From IMG/VR virus record IMGVR_UViG_3300029338_000356, positions 42,633-106,632 of that record: a DNA stretch of 64,000 nt. One strand, written 5' to 3'. Below are positions 29,572 through 41,075 of the stretch, in pieces. The stretch is from a virus. The translations under genes and the position numbers were made by a program. How positions within the stretch are numbered: the stretch's first letter is position 1; each line of letters starts with the position of its first letter. The notes under the pieces were generated by a model that had not been told where the DNA came from, searched no databases, and saw only the letters and a list, made by a program, of their open reading frames with translations.

Positions 29572-29940
29572 ATGGCTAAAACAGAAAGCCACTCCCCGTC
29601 GAAACTTCTGACCACAGAAGAGGCGATGGCATTGACGAAAAAGCCGGAAGTCATCAACGTTTTGAAAAACAAGCACGGATGGTGGGTAATCTTCACCACC
29701 CAATTCCAAGACGAAGTGACCCTCCGATATCTGCAAGGGGAACGTCCCTCGGAGATATTCCGCAGTCACAATCTCGGACCGGAAGTCCTCGGATACAAGC
29801 GCATAGAACGTTGCGTATACCGGTGGGTCAACCATCCCAGCAAATCCCGCGTCAAACGTTGGCAAACGGAACATCGCCTATATGAGACGTTGAACAAGAA
29901 TCAGACCAACACCGGCAAGAAGGAGAACAACGACAAGTGA
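29572..29940 (+). CDS. hypothetical protein (possible HTH)
   Basis: 122-aa ORF, basic C-terminus; overlaps dnaB start by 4 bp. Confidence 0.4.
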   Translation: MAKTESHSPSKLLTTEEAMALTKKPEVINVLKNKHGWWVIFTTQFQDEVTLRYLQGERPSEIFRSHNLGPEVLGYKRIERCVYRWVNHPSKSRVKRWQTEHRLYETLNKNQTNTGKKENNDK

Positions 29941-31277
29941 GCGTCCCCACACCAATCCACAAGGACATGGCCGAACAAGTATTGTTGGGGGCCATGCTTC
30001 AAGACGCGGAAACGTTGGACAAGGTCATCAGCCAACTTTCCGAAGAGGACTTCTACCAGCCGACCAACCAAACCATCTTCCATAATATAAAGGAACTGGC
30101 CGCAGACAATAACCGTGTGGACGCGCAAATGCTGTCCTCGCACATGATGGACAACGGACAGTTGGAACAGGTCGGCGGCATCGACTACATCGCCCAGCTT
30201 GTCGGCTCCGCACCCACGTCGAACAACAGTGACTATTTCATCAAGCAGATTCGTGACGCGGCCATCCTCCGCCACATCAACGTGGTCGGACAGCAGTTGC
30301 AACAGATGAGCAACGTGTCCGACGCGTCAGCCGAAGATGTGCTCAGCAAGTCGTTGGAGGCCGCGTTCTCGTTGGAGGATTCAAGCCGTTCCGAAGACGA
30401 CGAGTTGAAGACCGCATACCGCCTGTCCGACGAAATGCTCCAACAGTTGGATGAAATGTCACAGAATCCGAACGAGTTCGGAACACCCACCGGCTTCCGT
30501 GACATCGACGCGTTGACGCACGGATTGCAAGCCGGACAAATGGTCATAGTCGCGGGCCGTCCGGGCATGGGCAAGAGTACTCTCGGCATGGATTTCGCGC
30601 GTAACGCCGCACTGCACAAGGGTCTGCCGACTGTGATTTTCAGTCTGGAAATGGGCGGTCACGAACTCATGCAACGTATGTTCGCAGCCGAAACAGGCAT
30701 CCGTCTCGCATCGTTCCAACATCCCGAGAATCTGAACTCGAATGATTGGAACAAACTCAATGCGCTCTGCCATCAGGTCGAGAAGACACCATTGTGGGTT
30801 GATGATTCCGCCATCATCAACATGAGCACCATCCGTGCGAAATGCCGTGCTCTCAGCCGCAAGGTCAACGGGTTGAAGCTTATCGTCATCGACTACCTGC
30901 AACTCATGTCCTCCGGTAAAACCGTCGAGAACCGTCAGCAGGAAGTGTCGAACTTCTCCCGCCAATGCAAAATGCTCGCCAAGGAACTGCAATGCCCCGT
31001 GGTCGTGCTCTCCCAGTTGAACCGTAATGCGGAACAGCGTGCCGACAAGAAGCCGGAACTGTCCGACCTGAGAGAGTCCGGTTCCATCGAACAGGACGCC
31101 GACATGGTGTTCCTCGTGCATCGTCCCGAATACTACGACCGTGAGGAACGTCCGGGCGAAGCCGACGTGATTCTCGCCAAACATCGCAACGGGCCTACCG
31201 AAACGTTCAATCTCGCGTTCATGGGCGAATGCTCCAAATTCGCGGACATGGCCGCAGGTTTCGAAAACGAGTTCTGA
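29937..31277 (+). CDS. dnaB: replicative DNA helicase (DnaB family)
   Basis: N-terminal DnaB domain (QVLLGAMLQD...), Walker A AGRPGMGKST, H2 IVIDYLQLM, VVLSQLNR, ESGSIEQDADMV motifs. Confidence 0.9.
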   Translation: MSVPTPIHKDMAEQVLLGAMLQDAETLDKVISQLSEEDFYQPTNQTIFHNIKELAADNNRVDAQMLSSHMMDNGQLEQVGGIDYIAQLVGSAPTSNNSDYFIKQIRDAAILRHINVVGQQLQQMSNVSDASAEDVLSKSLEAAFSLEDSSRSEDDELKTAYRLSDEMLQQLDEMSQNPNEFGTPTGFRDIDALTHGLQAGQMVIVAGRPGMGKSTLGMDFARNAALHKGLPTVIFSLEMGGHELMQRMFAAETGIRLASFQHPENLNSNDWNKLNALCHQVEKTPLWVDDSAIINMSTIRAKCRALSRKVNGLKLIVIDYLQLMSSGKTVENRQQEVSNFSRQCKMLAKELQCPVVVLSQLNRNAEQRADKKPELSDLRESGSIEQDADMVFLVHRPEYYDREERPGEADVILAKHRNGPTETFNLAFMGECSKFADMAAGFENEF

Positions 31278-31328
31278 AACAAGTTCTGTCATAGTGGGTA
31301 TGCCCACAAAAAAAGAAAGGAAAAGTCA

Positions 31329-32726
31329 ATGCCAACAACATTGCTAATCGTCGCGGCAGTGGCGATACTCATCATCCTGCTCGCGACCGCAAGCTACAAG
31401 GTCTGCCCCGCCGACCGGGTAATGGTCATCACCGGGCCGGGCGGACGACGCTTCGTCTCCGGCGGAAGCGCATTCATCATACCCTTCATCATGCGCGTGG
31501 ACTGGCTCTCCCTCGGAGCGGTGCAGTCGCTCCTGAGAACCGACACGCCGATTCCGACGAAGGACGCAATCCTCATCGACGTGAACGCCGTCGCCAACTT
31601 CCAAATCGCATCCGAGACCATGACCGTGGACGAGAACGGCAAACAAGTCAAAGCGTTGGAGAACGCCGCCAAAAACTATCTCAACCAGTCAAAGGAGCGC
31701 ATGGAGAAAGATGTGACACAAGTGCTCCTAGGCAAGCTGCGCGAGGTCATCGGCAGAACCGAGTTGAAGACACTCATGGAGAACAGGGAAACGTTCGCCA
31801 CGACCGTGGCCGAATCCGCCCGCGTGGACATGGAACGGCTTGGCCTTCAATTGACCACGTTCAACATTCAAGACTTCACCGACCGTCAGAACGTCATCGC
31901 CAACATGGGCGCTGAAATGGCCGCCGAAATCAGCCGGAATGCGAAGCTCGCGTCCATCAACGCGGAACAGGATGTGGCCGTCCGTCAGAACCAGCTCGAC
32001 CTGAAACGAGCCGAACTCCAATCCATCTCCGACAAGGCGCAGGCCGAGGCCGACGCGGTGAAGGGCATCACCGCCGCCGAACAGTCCAAGACTCTCAAGG
32101 TCAAGGAGCAGGAGGCTGAAATCGCCGCCGCCGAGAAGAGGGCAGTGCTCGAACAGAAGAACGCCGAAATCGAAGAGCAGAAACTGAACGCGACCATCCG
32201 CAAGAAGGCCGACGCCGACCGTTACGCCGCCGAACAGCAGGCCGACGCGCAAATGTACACAACCCAAAAACACGCCGACGCGGAACTGTACCTACGTCAG
32301 CAGGAGGCTCAGGCCATCCAATCCACAGCCGACGCGGACGCACACGCGACCGAAGTCAAAGGCAAGGCCGAGGGTTCCGCCGCACAGTCGAAGGGTGTAG
32401 GCGAAGCCGAGGCAATCCGCGCCCAAGGCCGAGCCTACAATGCGATGAACAACACGTACATCCTCGCCCAACAGTACATTCAGATTCTCCCCGACATGGT
32501 TCGAGCCGCCGCCGAACCGCTCACCAAGGTTGACCACATCACCATGTACGGCGACGGAAACAGCACGAAGCTCGTGGGCGACACGGTGAACAGTGTGAGC
32601 CAGTTGAGTGAGGGATTGTCGCAATCCTTGGGCATCGATTTGAAAGCCTTGCTGAACAGTATGGTGGCCGGTCATGCCGCCGGTTCCGCACTAGGTGAGA
32701 AAGTTTCCGAACAGTCCGGAAACTAA
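31329..32726 (+). CDS. SPFH/band-7 (flotillin-like) membrane protein
   Basis: N-terminal TM, SPFH core, long Ala/Glu/Gln coiled-coil (EA repeats) typical of flotillin/YqiK. Confidence 0.8.
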   Translation: MPTTLLIVAAVAILIILLATASYKVCPADRVMVITGPGGRRFVSGGSAFIIPFIMRVDWLSLGAVQSLLRTDTPIPTKDAILIDVNAVANFQIASETMTVDENGKQVKALENAAKNYLNQSKERMEKDVTQVLLGKLREVIGRTELKTLMENRETFATTVAESARVDMERLGLQLTTFNIQDFTDRQNVIANMGAEMAAEISRNAKLASINAEQDVAVRQNQLDLKRAELQSISDKAQAEADAVKGITAAEQSKTLKVKEQEAEIAAAEKRAVLEQKNAEIEEQKLNATIRKKADADRYAAEQQADAQMYTTQKHADAELYLRQQEAQAIQSTADADAHATEVKGKAEGSAAQSKGVGEAEAIRAQGRAYNAMNNTYILAQQYIQILPDMVRAAAEPLTKVDHITMYGDGNSTKLVGDTVNSVSQLSEGLSQSLGIDLKALLNSMVAGHAAGSALGEKVSEQSGN

Positions 32727-32905
32727 CCTGTTCAGGGATATGTTGGAGGGTATGGGAAGCCATGCCCTCCTTATTTTTAAGGGCTGAAAGCATTCTTTCA
32801 AGGTTTTTAATGAGGGTGCGTGCGGTCTATTAGGAATGTAATCCGATACCGACCCCGTTCGATGAATGAACGCGCGCCGGGTCTAGTAAGGAAAGGAAAA
32901 CAAAG

Positions 32906-34636
32906 GTGAAAACCAAAAACCTGTTGAAGGCAACGGTCGCCACGCTTGTGGCCGGTGCCATGGGTTTGGCTGGAGTCGGCTCCGCCATGGCGGCTGATAC
33001 TCGTGTTGACGCATCCAAGCTTGGTGCGGCTGCTCGTCAGACGTTGACCGTCGCTGCTAATGGTGATATTAGCAATCGCACGTTGAAGGCTGTGCCGCTC
33101 GCCTACTATTCGTATGCGCAGACTGATGGCACTAATATTACCGGCTTTGACCTGATTGACGCGAGCAAGGCTTCTGCTATTGCTGACGCACTGACGAAAG
33201 CCCATATTGACACCCAGTCCAAGAAAGACCAGACTGCCGGATACGACTATAATGCGTCCAATCCGATGGTGTGGGTCGTGCAGAATCTCCTTGATTCCGA
33301 GAACAGTCCGTGGGCTGGCAAGCTTCGTGACTTCATCGACCAGTTGAAGAACGAGGCCGCCGTCACCGGCGACAAGGGCACCGCGTTCGCCAAGGGCGCC
33401 GACGCCAAGCATATGACCGCTTCTGTCCGTCCGGGCGTGTATGCGGTCGTGGACGCCACCAAGACCGGTCAGGCGTCCATCGTCATGTTCAACGGCACCG
33501 GCATCGACGGCAAGACCACGTTGAAGAACGGTGAAAAGACCTACACGCTGGGCACCGTGGACTATAAGGTGCATGACGCCGCAGTCAGGAAGGCTATCAC
33601 CTCTGTTGAGAATGGTGATGTGGATGAGAAAATCGGTGAGGACCATGAGGATGAGGGGGCTCGCCAAGCAGGGAAGAAATATTATGCGGTAGCCAAGACC
33701 TCCATCGGCAAGAAGGTCTCTTTCACGATGGGCGGCGCGGTGCCTGTTTGGACTGGCTACGACCATTATTATTATGCGCTCAACGATACGTATTCGGATG
33801 GTCTGACTTTCAACCCGGATAGTATGAATGTCACTGTCGGCGGTAAGACTTTGACTGCTGGCAAGGATTACAAGGTGACGACCGAGGCGGGCAAGTTCCA
33901 TATCCTGTTCGCCCCGACCGCTGATGGTTCTTCCGACATCATCGCCGCCAAGACCACGTTCCCGGTCGATGCGGAAGTGCTTGTCACTTATGACATGACC
34001 GTGAACAAGAACGCCCACGTGGACGGTGTTGACACCAACACGAGCGAGGTCGAATACTCCCATAATCCGAACACCGTCACCGACCATGAGAAGACTCCGG
34101 GCGACACCAACTACGTGTACGTCGGCAAGTTCACTCTGACCAAGACCGATACGAACAATGTTCCGCTCGCGGGTGCCGTGTTCAACATCAAGGATGCCAA
34201 GAGCAATATCGTCAAGTTCGTCAAGGTGGGTGATAACGAGTATCGTGTTGCCGACTCGACTGAGGCCGCTACCGCAAGCGCCGACATCACCACCACCGAT
34301 AAGAACAATGGCGTCATCACCTTGAAGGGCTTGTACGGTGCCTACACGGTGACTGAAACCAAGAGTCCGTTCGGCGGCAGCATTCTGCCGGAGTTCACTC
34401 TGACCGTTGGCGTGGCCCAGTCCAAAGACCATAACACCAGCACTTCGTCCCTCACCAAGTTCAAGGATGATGCCAACCATCTGGCCTCCAAGACCAGTGA
34501 CGATGGAGTGACCGTCATCAACGCCCGCAACATCGCTGACATGCCGAAGACCGGTGCGGTCTGGCTGTCCATCTTCGGCGTGATGACCGTCCTGTTGGCT
34601 GGCGCTTCCGCCCTGCTGCTTCGTCGCAAGGCGTGA
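32906..34636 (+). CDS. sortase-dependent major pilin (SpaA/FimA-like) with MPKTG sorting signal
   Basis: signal peptide, CnaB-type segments (AGAVFNIKDAK), E-box YTVTETKSPFGG, C-terminal DMPKTG + hydrophobic stretch + RRKA. Confidence 0.7.
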   Translation: MKTKNLLKATVATLVAGAMGLAGVGSAMAADTRVDASKLGAAARQTLTVAANGDISNRTLKAVPLAYYSYAQTDGTNITGFDLIDASKASAIADALTKAHIDTQSKKDQTAGYDYNASNPMVWVVQNLLDSENSPWAGKLRDFIDQLKNEAAVTGDKGTAFAKGADAKHMTASVRPGVYAVVDATKTGQASIVMFNGTGIDGKTTLKNGEKTYTLGTVDYKVHDAAVRKAITSVENGDVDEKIGEDHEDEGARQAGKKYYAVAKTSIGKKVSFTMGGAVPVWTGYDHYYYALNDTYSDGLTFNPDSMNVTVGGKTLTAGKDYKVTTEAGKFHILFAPTADGSSDIIAAKTTFPVDAEVLVTYDMTVNKNAHVDGVDTNTSEVEYSHNPNTVTDHEKTPGDTNYVYVGKFTLTKTDTNNVPLAGAVFNIKDAKSNIVKFVKVGDNEYRVADSTEAATASADITTTDKNNGVITLKGLYGAYTVTETKSPFGGSILPEFTLTVGVAQSKDHNTSTSSLTKFKDDANHLASKTSDDGVTVINARNIADMPKTGAVWLSIFGVMTVLLAGASALLLRRKA

Positions 34637-34771
34637 GATTGGAAGATTGGAATACTGCCGTATGAGAAAACTTTTCTGACCGTTTGACGGTTGGAAAAGC
34701 ATGAAATGTTCCGCTTGGCGTGTCGGGAACCCAAATATCGACACGCCACCTTTTAGATTCTTTATAACCGC

Positions 34772-35677
34772 ATGGGAGGGGTTTTGGGAAAACATACGGC
34801 GAAACCGAAAGGCTTGGGAAATCGAGCCATAGCGGGACTTCTCTGCCTAATCCTATCCGCCCTGTCCGGAACCATCCCATTCATTCTCATGATTTCGAAC
34901 AGCAGCCAATCCAACCGGTTGACCGACTCCCACGCGCAAGCCGTGGAAAACACTGACGTGAAACGAATCGCCCAAGAGTATGCGGACGCGCAAGCCTACA
35001 ATCAACGCCTATACGAGGAAGGCCAGTCCATTCTTGGTGAGGCGGAAGACCCTTGGACAGGCGTCAACAAGTCCGAAACGGACAACACGTATCGGAAGCA
35101 ACTATCCACCCCCAAGGATGGGGTCATGGCCACCATCAAATATCCACGCTTGGGCATCAACCTGCCCATCCGGCATGGCACGTCGCAAAACGTGTTGGCC
35201 GCTGGAGCCGGACACTTATACGGTTCCAGTCTCCCCGTCGGCGGCAAGAACACGCATACTGTCATATCCGCGCACACGGGTTTGGCCGACCAGCTCATGT
35301 TCGACAAGCTACGCGGCTTCGGCAGTGAAGCCAAAAAAAGTGACGTCTTCTATCTGATAACCGCCGGACATACGCTCGCCTACAAGGTCACAAGCATTGA
35401 TGTGGTAGACCCATCCGATTTCACCAAACTGAAAATCGTCGCCGGAAAAGACCTCGCCACACTCCTAACCTGCACGCCATACGGCATCAACAACAAGCGA
35501 CTCCTAGTGACCGGCACGCGCACCAGCATGCCGCACCCCGCACCCAGACCCGAAAACGCGCCGAAAGACCACACGAACCAATGGCTCATACTGTACGTCG
35601 GCGGCTTCTGGCTTGCGGTAATCATCATCACCATTCTCATCATCCGTAGAAAAAACCACGCAAAGAAGGAACACTAA
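34772..35677 (+). CDS. class C (pilus-specific) sortase
   Basis: N-terminal TM, catalytic His (ISAHTG), TLLTCTPY catalytic Cys motif, C-terminal TM + basic tail. Confidence 0.85.
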   Translation: MGGVLGKHTAKPKGLGNRAIAGLLCLILSALSGTIPFILMISNSSQSNRLTDSHAQAVENTDVKRIAQEYADAQAYNQRLYEEGQSILGEAEDPWTGVNKSETDNTYRKQLSTPKDGVMATIKYPRLGINLPIRHGTSQNVLAAGAGHLYGSSLPVGGKNTHTVISAHTGLADQLMFDKLRGFGSEAKKSDVFYLITAGHTLAYKVTSIDVVDPSDFTKLKIVAGKDLATLLTCTPYGINNKRLLVTGTRTSMPHPAPRPENAPKDHTNQWLILYVGGFWLAVIIITILIIRRKNHAKKEH

Positions 35678-38600
35678 TGGGTATTCTCAAAAAGCATGTG
35701 GCACATCCGGTAGCATTATTGGCCGCAATCGCCACACTGGCATCCGGCCTGATATGCATGACCAATCCGGTAGCCTCTCCGAAAGCGCATGCGGACGAGT
35801 TGAAACCCGCATATGCTACTGCGAAAATCGTTAAGAAAGCCGACGGTACGGGGCATGGCACGAGTTCGCAAACGTTCGTGAATTCGAAGAACGGGTTCGC
35901 CACGGGCGATGATTCCCCTACCGATGGCGTGGTCGCATCCGGTGATACGGTCGAATATTCTCTCACGTTGAACTTCAACGCGGCGGGCAAGCGTACCATC
36001 AACGTGAAGTTCGACTTGGATGACGCGCCGTATTTGCAGACTGCTGACGGTGGTGGCTTCTGCCAGCCGGGACAACTCGTCACCGCGAAGAAAAACAGTG
36101 ACGGCTCCTGCTCCTACACGGTTCCAGCCGGTGGCGTGGAAACCATGACCCAAACCTTCTATCTGAAAGCAAAAGACACGGGAGGCTTGGTCAAGCCGGG
36201 TCAGATTCCGAAAATCGTCGTCGCCCGCGAAGGTGGAACGTCAACCACGTATCGTACGGATGAGCTGACTGTAGTATCCGCTCCGGCGGCTGACTTGGTC
36301 ATTGACAATGGCGGCAATCCGGTGAAAGGCCAATACTCGTATGAGTATCGTACTTATTGGAGTCAGAACACCGATGCGACCGGTGATTTCACTATTCGTA
36401 CCGACGCGTTGACCTATCCGGGTTATTCGTCCACGAAGGGCGCGTCCACCAGCATCGATTGGACTACCAAAGTGGATATTTCCGACTTCCCGCAGGGCAC
36501 CGTGTGGACTGTAGGCGGTCAGCGGATTACCCGTAACAGTGATAAAGAACAGTATTTGACCGTATCCAGTGGCAAAAACGGTGCGGCGGCGACAATCAGC
36601 TACAGGATTCCCGCCGGAACCGACGCGCTCAAAAACATGAAAGAAGGAGACGTCAAATATTACGATGTCCACCTTGTTCCCGACGAAACCGTGTTCAGCG
36701 TCAAAGACGATAACGGCGACGCACTGTTGAACATGGGCAAAGGTGGAGAACCCGGCTGGAACATTGGACGGGACAAGAGCACCTACAACAAGGATACGGG
36801 TGCCCGCGTTGGCTACCCGTACGCGAACAATGACTGGTCACGAGCCATTATCCAACGGCTCAAGCCGACTCCAGCTGGCAAGATTCCACTGTTCGGCAAA
36901 GGACTGCAACGGCCTAACACTGCGTCCAAGACCATGTTCGACAAGGAGAATCTGACGTTCGACGCCGCCGAAGGCAAAGCCGACATCTACCATTACTATT
37001 CCGACGGTTCCGGCGACACCGTGTCCCGTGGAACGCAAGTCAAAACCATTTTGGAAATGTATGCGGCGAACGTTACGGCGGACAAGCTTAAAAACACTAC
37101 GCCGACCATGCAGGACGAGTGGGATAATACGCGCATGCGGTGGGATGGAAGCTTGGAAGTCACCCAGAACGGCGCTCCGGTTTCCGACTACAAAGTTCAA
37201 TGGGCTGATAGCAAAGACAATTGGCATGACGGGGAACCATCCGACACGGACGCTCCGAACGTCAAGAAGATTCGGGTGACGTTCAACCCCGACGCTTTGA
37301 CTTTGGGAAAGGGTGCGCCGAACGTTCAGGTCACGTTCAACACGCTCGCCATAGCCGACGTGTCCAAAGGCAATGTGGAAGCTTTGGATACGCTGACCGC
37401 ATGGCTTACCGAAGACGATAAGGCGAGCGTCACCAATTGGGTGTGGATTGCCAAGCCGGTAGACCCGACCACCAGTATCGACATCAGTCTGAAAGCCTAC
37501 GATGGTGAAGGCAATCAAGTGTATGCGAACAACAGTTCCAATCACCCGTCCGGAAGCGCAGTCGATTTGATTCCCGGCATGCGAGTGGATTATACGGTCA
37601 CGGAACAGTTGCGCACCATTCTCCTGTCCAATACGAGCATGACGCCGACCATCACGGTGCCGAAACCGAAAGGCTTGTACAATCCGACCTGTGATGATTC
37701 GTTCTGGCAGATGAAAGTGGACGGGAATAATCTCGTGTTCACGCCACGTTCCGGCAAAGTCACGCCTGAAGTAGACCGTATGGGGTCGGCCACTTTGCCT
37801 GACCTGCATTTCAGTGGCATCGTATCCAATCTCGCCACCGGGACTGTCACCGCCAGTGCGAATATGAGCGTGGACGTTGACGAGAACGGCGCATTGCAAG
37901 CCCAAACCATCAAAAGCAATACGCCCAGCGTCCCATTCCCTGTCTCCAATGCGGAAACCAACAGTGGCATCATGCGCGTGAAGACCACGAAGGCTGAAAT
38001 CAGTGACCCGCTTACTTGGGAGTTCAACGTGTACGGCAAGGGCGGCGGCCATACCGGCACCATGGATAGCATGCTACTGCTTCCTGCGAATGGTGATGAG
38101 AAGTACGTGCAGGACAAGCTGGTCGAATATGAGCGTGGATACAGCAACTATCATGGCTCCTACGAACTGACCCAGCCCGTCACGGTCAATATGGACAATT
38201 CGACCAGTACGACCGTCTACTATTCAACCACCACCGGAAAGAAGTCGGATAATCCGGCTGACTACGAGTGGAAGACATGGGATGAATTGTCCGCCATCGA
38301 GAAGAAGAACATCACCGCCATCCGACTGACCAGCACTGTCGTCGCGTCTGACGATAAACTGTCCTATTCGGCGGTGAACGGCACCATCACGCTCATCCCA
38401 TCCGACAATGTGAAAGACGACAAGTACACGCTGTGGCTTGGCCGCAACTATTATTCCGACGCTTCCGACAAACCGGCGGGCAACCAGCCGTGGCCTGACG
38501 TGGCGAAGGTAGTGTCCGGTAGTATCAGCGGTACCGTCTGGTGGGATAAGGATGAGAACACGCTCATCGGAGACGGTGAGGAACGTATCGAAGGAGTGGA

Positions 38601-41061
38601 AGCCGCCCTCGACAAGCAGGATTCAAGCGGCGGCTGGCAGACCGTCAAAACGGTGAAGACCGACAAGGACGGCCATTACGAGTTCGACCTGCTCCACTCC
38701 GGCACCTACCGCACTTCGGTGAAACGCAACACTGGCACCAGTACGGGTGATGGCGTGCAGACGCAGGTCAAAACCTACTACAACAAGCTCGAAGACGTGG
38801 TGAACACGCGCAGCTGGTCGAACAAAATCAAGTCCAACGCGAAAGACACGTCCGACGACATCCACCTAGGCATCGGCGCAGACCAGAAGAACGTGGACTA
38901 CGGTTACGCGAAACCAGACCCGAAAGCCACCGTGGACAAAACCGTCACCGGCACCAGTTGCACTGATACGAAATGCGTCATCAACTGGGATGTCAAAGTA
39001 CAGAATTCTGGCACTAGCCGTTTTGACACGTCCAGTGTCGTTTCTGACCGTATGAGCGCTGATGTGCATGATGTTTCCGCTACCGCCGGTACGGTTTCCA
39101 TCGAATCTGGTGGCGCGAAGCAGGTTGCGACGAGTGGCGACCATAAGTTTGTGTTGACGAGTGAGGGCTTGTTGTATGCGTGGGGTAATAACCAGTATGG
39201 TCAGCTTGGTTTCAAGCCTGACACGACGAATTCTGCCACTCCAATGAACGTGAACAAGCCGACCATCATCAACGGTAGTTGGCTGAAAGTCGCCGCCGGA
39301 GGCAAGCATTCCGCCGCCATCAGCACGGACGGACACTTGTATACGACTGGTTGGAATGGTAGCGGCCAATTGGGTACGGGTGATACGGATAATCGTGACC
39401 AGTGGACGGAAGTCGCTTCGGATAAAACATTCATTGACGTGGCATGCGGCAACCAGTTCACCGTCGCTATCGCAAGCGACGGCACTTTGTGGGGTGCTGG
39501 AAACGCTGTAAGCTATCAGAACTATGCGACTTGGACGCAAATCGGTTCTGATGTCAAGTTCACTCAACTCAGTGCAAGCATGGACGGTTTCATCGCATTG
39601 AACACATCCGGCAGATACCTGTACTACGGTACAGATGTTCAGGGGCAGGGCGCTGGCGGTTATACGCAAGTCGCCGCCGCGTTCGGTCGAATGTATGCGT
39701 TGAAAAATGATGGGACGGTGATTCAGGTTGCCACAACCTATGATGACTCTTATTCGCCTAACTTGTCCGGTTTGAAGGACATTGTGAAAATCAGCGGCGG
39801 ATACAATACCCTGTACGCCATCGACAAGAACCAGCACTTGTGGTCTATGGGTTGGAATGGTGACGGCCAGTTGGCTAACGGTCAGACCGGTAGTGGCACG
39901 TATTGGACGGACGGTAGTACGAGTGGCAATAAGGATATTGTCTACACACCGTTCGATACGAACATTATCGCATCCGACGTGGCGGGTGGCGACCGTGATG
40001 TGCTCATTCTTGGCAAGCAGGTCATGATTGCGGGCTTCGACCCGTATGGTGACGGTAAGACGGGTGGCGCGCGTTCCACCGGTTTGAAAGGCATGGCCGT
40101 ATCGTCCGACCCAACCGCCGTACCTGTCGAACCATCGAGCGAAACCACTAAGAACGGGTTGACTACCCGCACATACAATCTGCCATACAGTATTGAGCCG
40201 GGCGGCTATGTCATCTACCATTTCACCGGCACCGTTGACCGTGATATTACGGATACGACAAAGTGGGAACTGTCCGATATTGACAAGTGGGTGAAAGAGC
40301 ATACGAAGACCATTCTCAACCAAGCATGGTTCGACTCCGAACACACACCATACTCGGGCACGCCGCACGCAAGCGGCAAAACCAAGCCGAACACTCCGGA
40401 CGCTACGAAACTGGATGCCAACACGAATGATGTGACCGGCAATCCGACCTGCCGCACCGACACGGACTATACGGAGGAAGGACGCCAACACTGGTTCAGC
40501 ACGTCCGATGAGGACTCCTGCGACCAAGTCGGCATCATCATCACACCAACCACCACCGCGAAGAAACTCGGTTCCATCAGCGGCCTGTATTGGGAGGACA
40601 CCAACAAGAACGGCATTCAAGATGAAGGTGAGAACACGCATTTCGCCGGTCAAACGGTCATTCTGACTGACGAGAACGGCAAACAGTTGGCAACCACCAA
40701 GACCGACAAGGATGGCAAGTACATTTTCGAACGTCTGGACGCGAACGGCAACAAATACCGTATTCAATTTACCAAAGTGAACCACCGGGACTTCACCACG
40801 CCGGATGTGGGAGACAAGACTCCTGCGACGGATGGAAGCTCCACCGATTCGGACGCTTACACGGACGAAGACAACAAGCTGACCATTACCCTCACCCAAG
40901 ATGCTCCAACCAAGGAGCATGTGGATGCGGGTGTCCTGCCTGAAACATGGTTGGCGACCATGCCGCACACGGGCATGGGATTGCTGTTGCCGCTCCTCAT
41001 GCTCGTCAGCGTCAGCGGACTCGTCACGGCAATCATCCTCCTACGAAAGAAGGAAGAATAG
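35677..41061 (+). CDS. pilus tip adhesin-like large surface protein: signal peptide, RCC1-type beta-propeller repeats, CnaB/SdrD-B-like domains, MPHTG sorting signal
   Basis: 1794 aa; RCC1 repeats (LYAWGNNQYGQLG, LYTTGWNGSGQLGTG, LWSMGWNGDGQLANG), CnaB (GSISGTVWWDKDEN...DKDGHYEF; GSISGLYWEDTNKNG...DKDGKYIF), C-terminal MPHTG+TM+LRKKEE. Confidence 0.7.
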   Translation: MGILKKHVAHPVALLAAIATLASGLICMTNPVASPKAHADELKPAYATAKIVKKADGTGHGTSSQTFVNSKNGFATGDDSPTDGVVASGDTVEYSLTLNFNAAGKRTINVKFDLDDAPYLQTADGGGFCQPGQLVTAKKNSDGSCSYTVPAGGVETMTQTFYLKAKDTGGLVKPGQIPKIVVAREGGTSTTYRTDELTVVSAPAADLVIDNGGNPVKGQYSYEYRTYWSQNTDATGDFTIRTDALTYPGYSSTKGASTSIDWTTKVDISDFPQGTVWTVGGQRITRNSDKEQYLTVSSGKNGAAATISYRIPAGTDALKNMKEGDVKYYDVHLVPDETVFSVKDDNGDALLNMGKGGEPGWNIGRDKSTYNKDTGARVGYPYANNDWSRAIIQRLKPTPAGKIPLFGKGLQRPNTASKTMFDKENLTFDAAEGKADIYHYYSDGSGDTVSRGTQVKTILEMYAANVTADKLKNTTPTMQDEWDNTRMRWDGSLEVTQNGAPVSDYKVQWADSKDNWHDGEPSDTDAPNVKKIRVTFNPDALTLGKGAPNVQVTFNTLAIADVSKGNVEALDTLTAWLTEDDKASVTNWVWIAKPVDPTTSIDISLKAYDGEGNQVYANNSSNHPSGSAVDLIPGMRVDYTVTEQLRTILLSNTSMTPTITVPKPKGLYNPTCDDSFWQMKVDGNNLVFTPRSGKVTPEVDRMGSATLPDLHFSGIVSNLATGTVTASANMSVDVDENGALQAQTIKSNTPSVPFPVSNAETNSGIMRVKTTKAEISDPLTWEFNVYGKGGGHTGTMDSMLLLPANGDEKYVQDKLVEYERGYSNYHGSYELTQPVTVNMDNSTSTTVYYSTTTGKKSDNPADYEWKTWDELSAIEKKNITAIRLTSTVVASDDKLSYSAVNGTITLIPSDNVKDDKYTLWLGRNYYSDASDKPAGNQPWPDVAKVVSGSISGTVWWDKDENTLIGDGEERIEGVEAALDKQDSSGGWQTVKTVKTDKDGHYEFDLLHSGTYRTSVKRNTGTSTGDGVQTQVKTYYNKLEDVVNTRSWSNKIKSNAKDTSDDIHLGIGADQKNVDYGYAKPDPKATVDKTVTGTSCTDTKCVINWDVKVQNSGTSRFDTSSVVSDRMSADVHDVSATAGTVSIESGGAKQVATSGDHKFVLTSEGLLYAWGNNQYGQLGFKPDTTNSATPMNVNKPTIINGSWLKVAAGGKHSAAISTDGHLYTTGWNGSGQLGTGDTDNRDQWTEVASDKTFIDVACGNQFTVAIASDGTLWGAGNAVSYQNYATWTQIGSDVKFTQLSASMDGFIALNTSGRYLYYGTDVQGQGAGGYTQVAAAFGRMYALKNDGTVIQVATTYDDSYSPNLSGLKDIVKISGGYNTLYAIDKNQHLWSMGWNGDGQLANGQTGSGTYWTDGSTSGNKDIVYTPFDTNIIASDVAGGDRDVLILGKQVMIAGFDPYGDGKTGGARSTGLKGMAVSSDPTAVPVEPSSETTKNGLTTRTYNLPYSIEPGGYVIYHFTGTVDRDITDTTKWELSDIDKWVKEHTKTILNQAWFDSEHTPYSGTPHASGKTKPNTPDATKLDANTNDVTGNPTCRTDTDYTEEGRQHWFSTSDEDSCDQVGIIITPTTTAKKLGSISGLYWEDTNKNGIQDEGENTHFAGQTVILTDENGKQLATTKTDKDGKYIFERLDANGNKYRIQFTKVNHRDFTTPDVGDKTPATDGSSTDSDAYTDEDNKLTITLTQDAPTKEHVDAGVLPETWLATMPHTGMGLLLPLLMLVSVSGLVTAIILLRKKEE

Positions 41062-41075
41062 TGAAAGGAACAAGA

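Noticed and set aside
32906-41061. Absence of canonical LPxTG raised doubt that these are sortase substrates
   Set aside because: Both proteins end with an x-P-x-T-G pentapeptide followed by a hydrophobic helix and a positively charged tail, with a class C sortase between them. The tripartite sorting signal is intact, only the first residue is Met.
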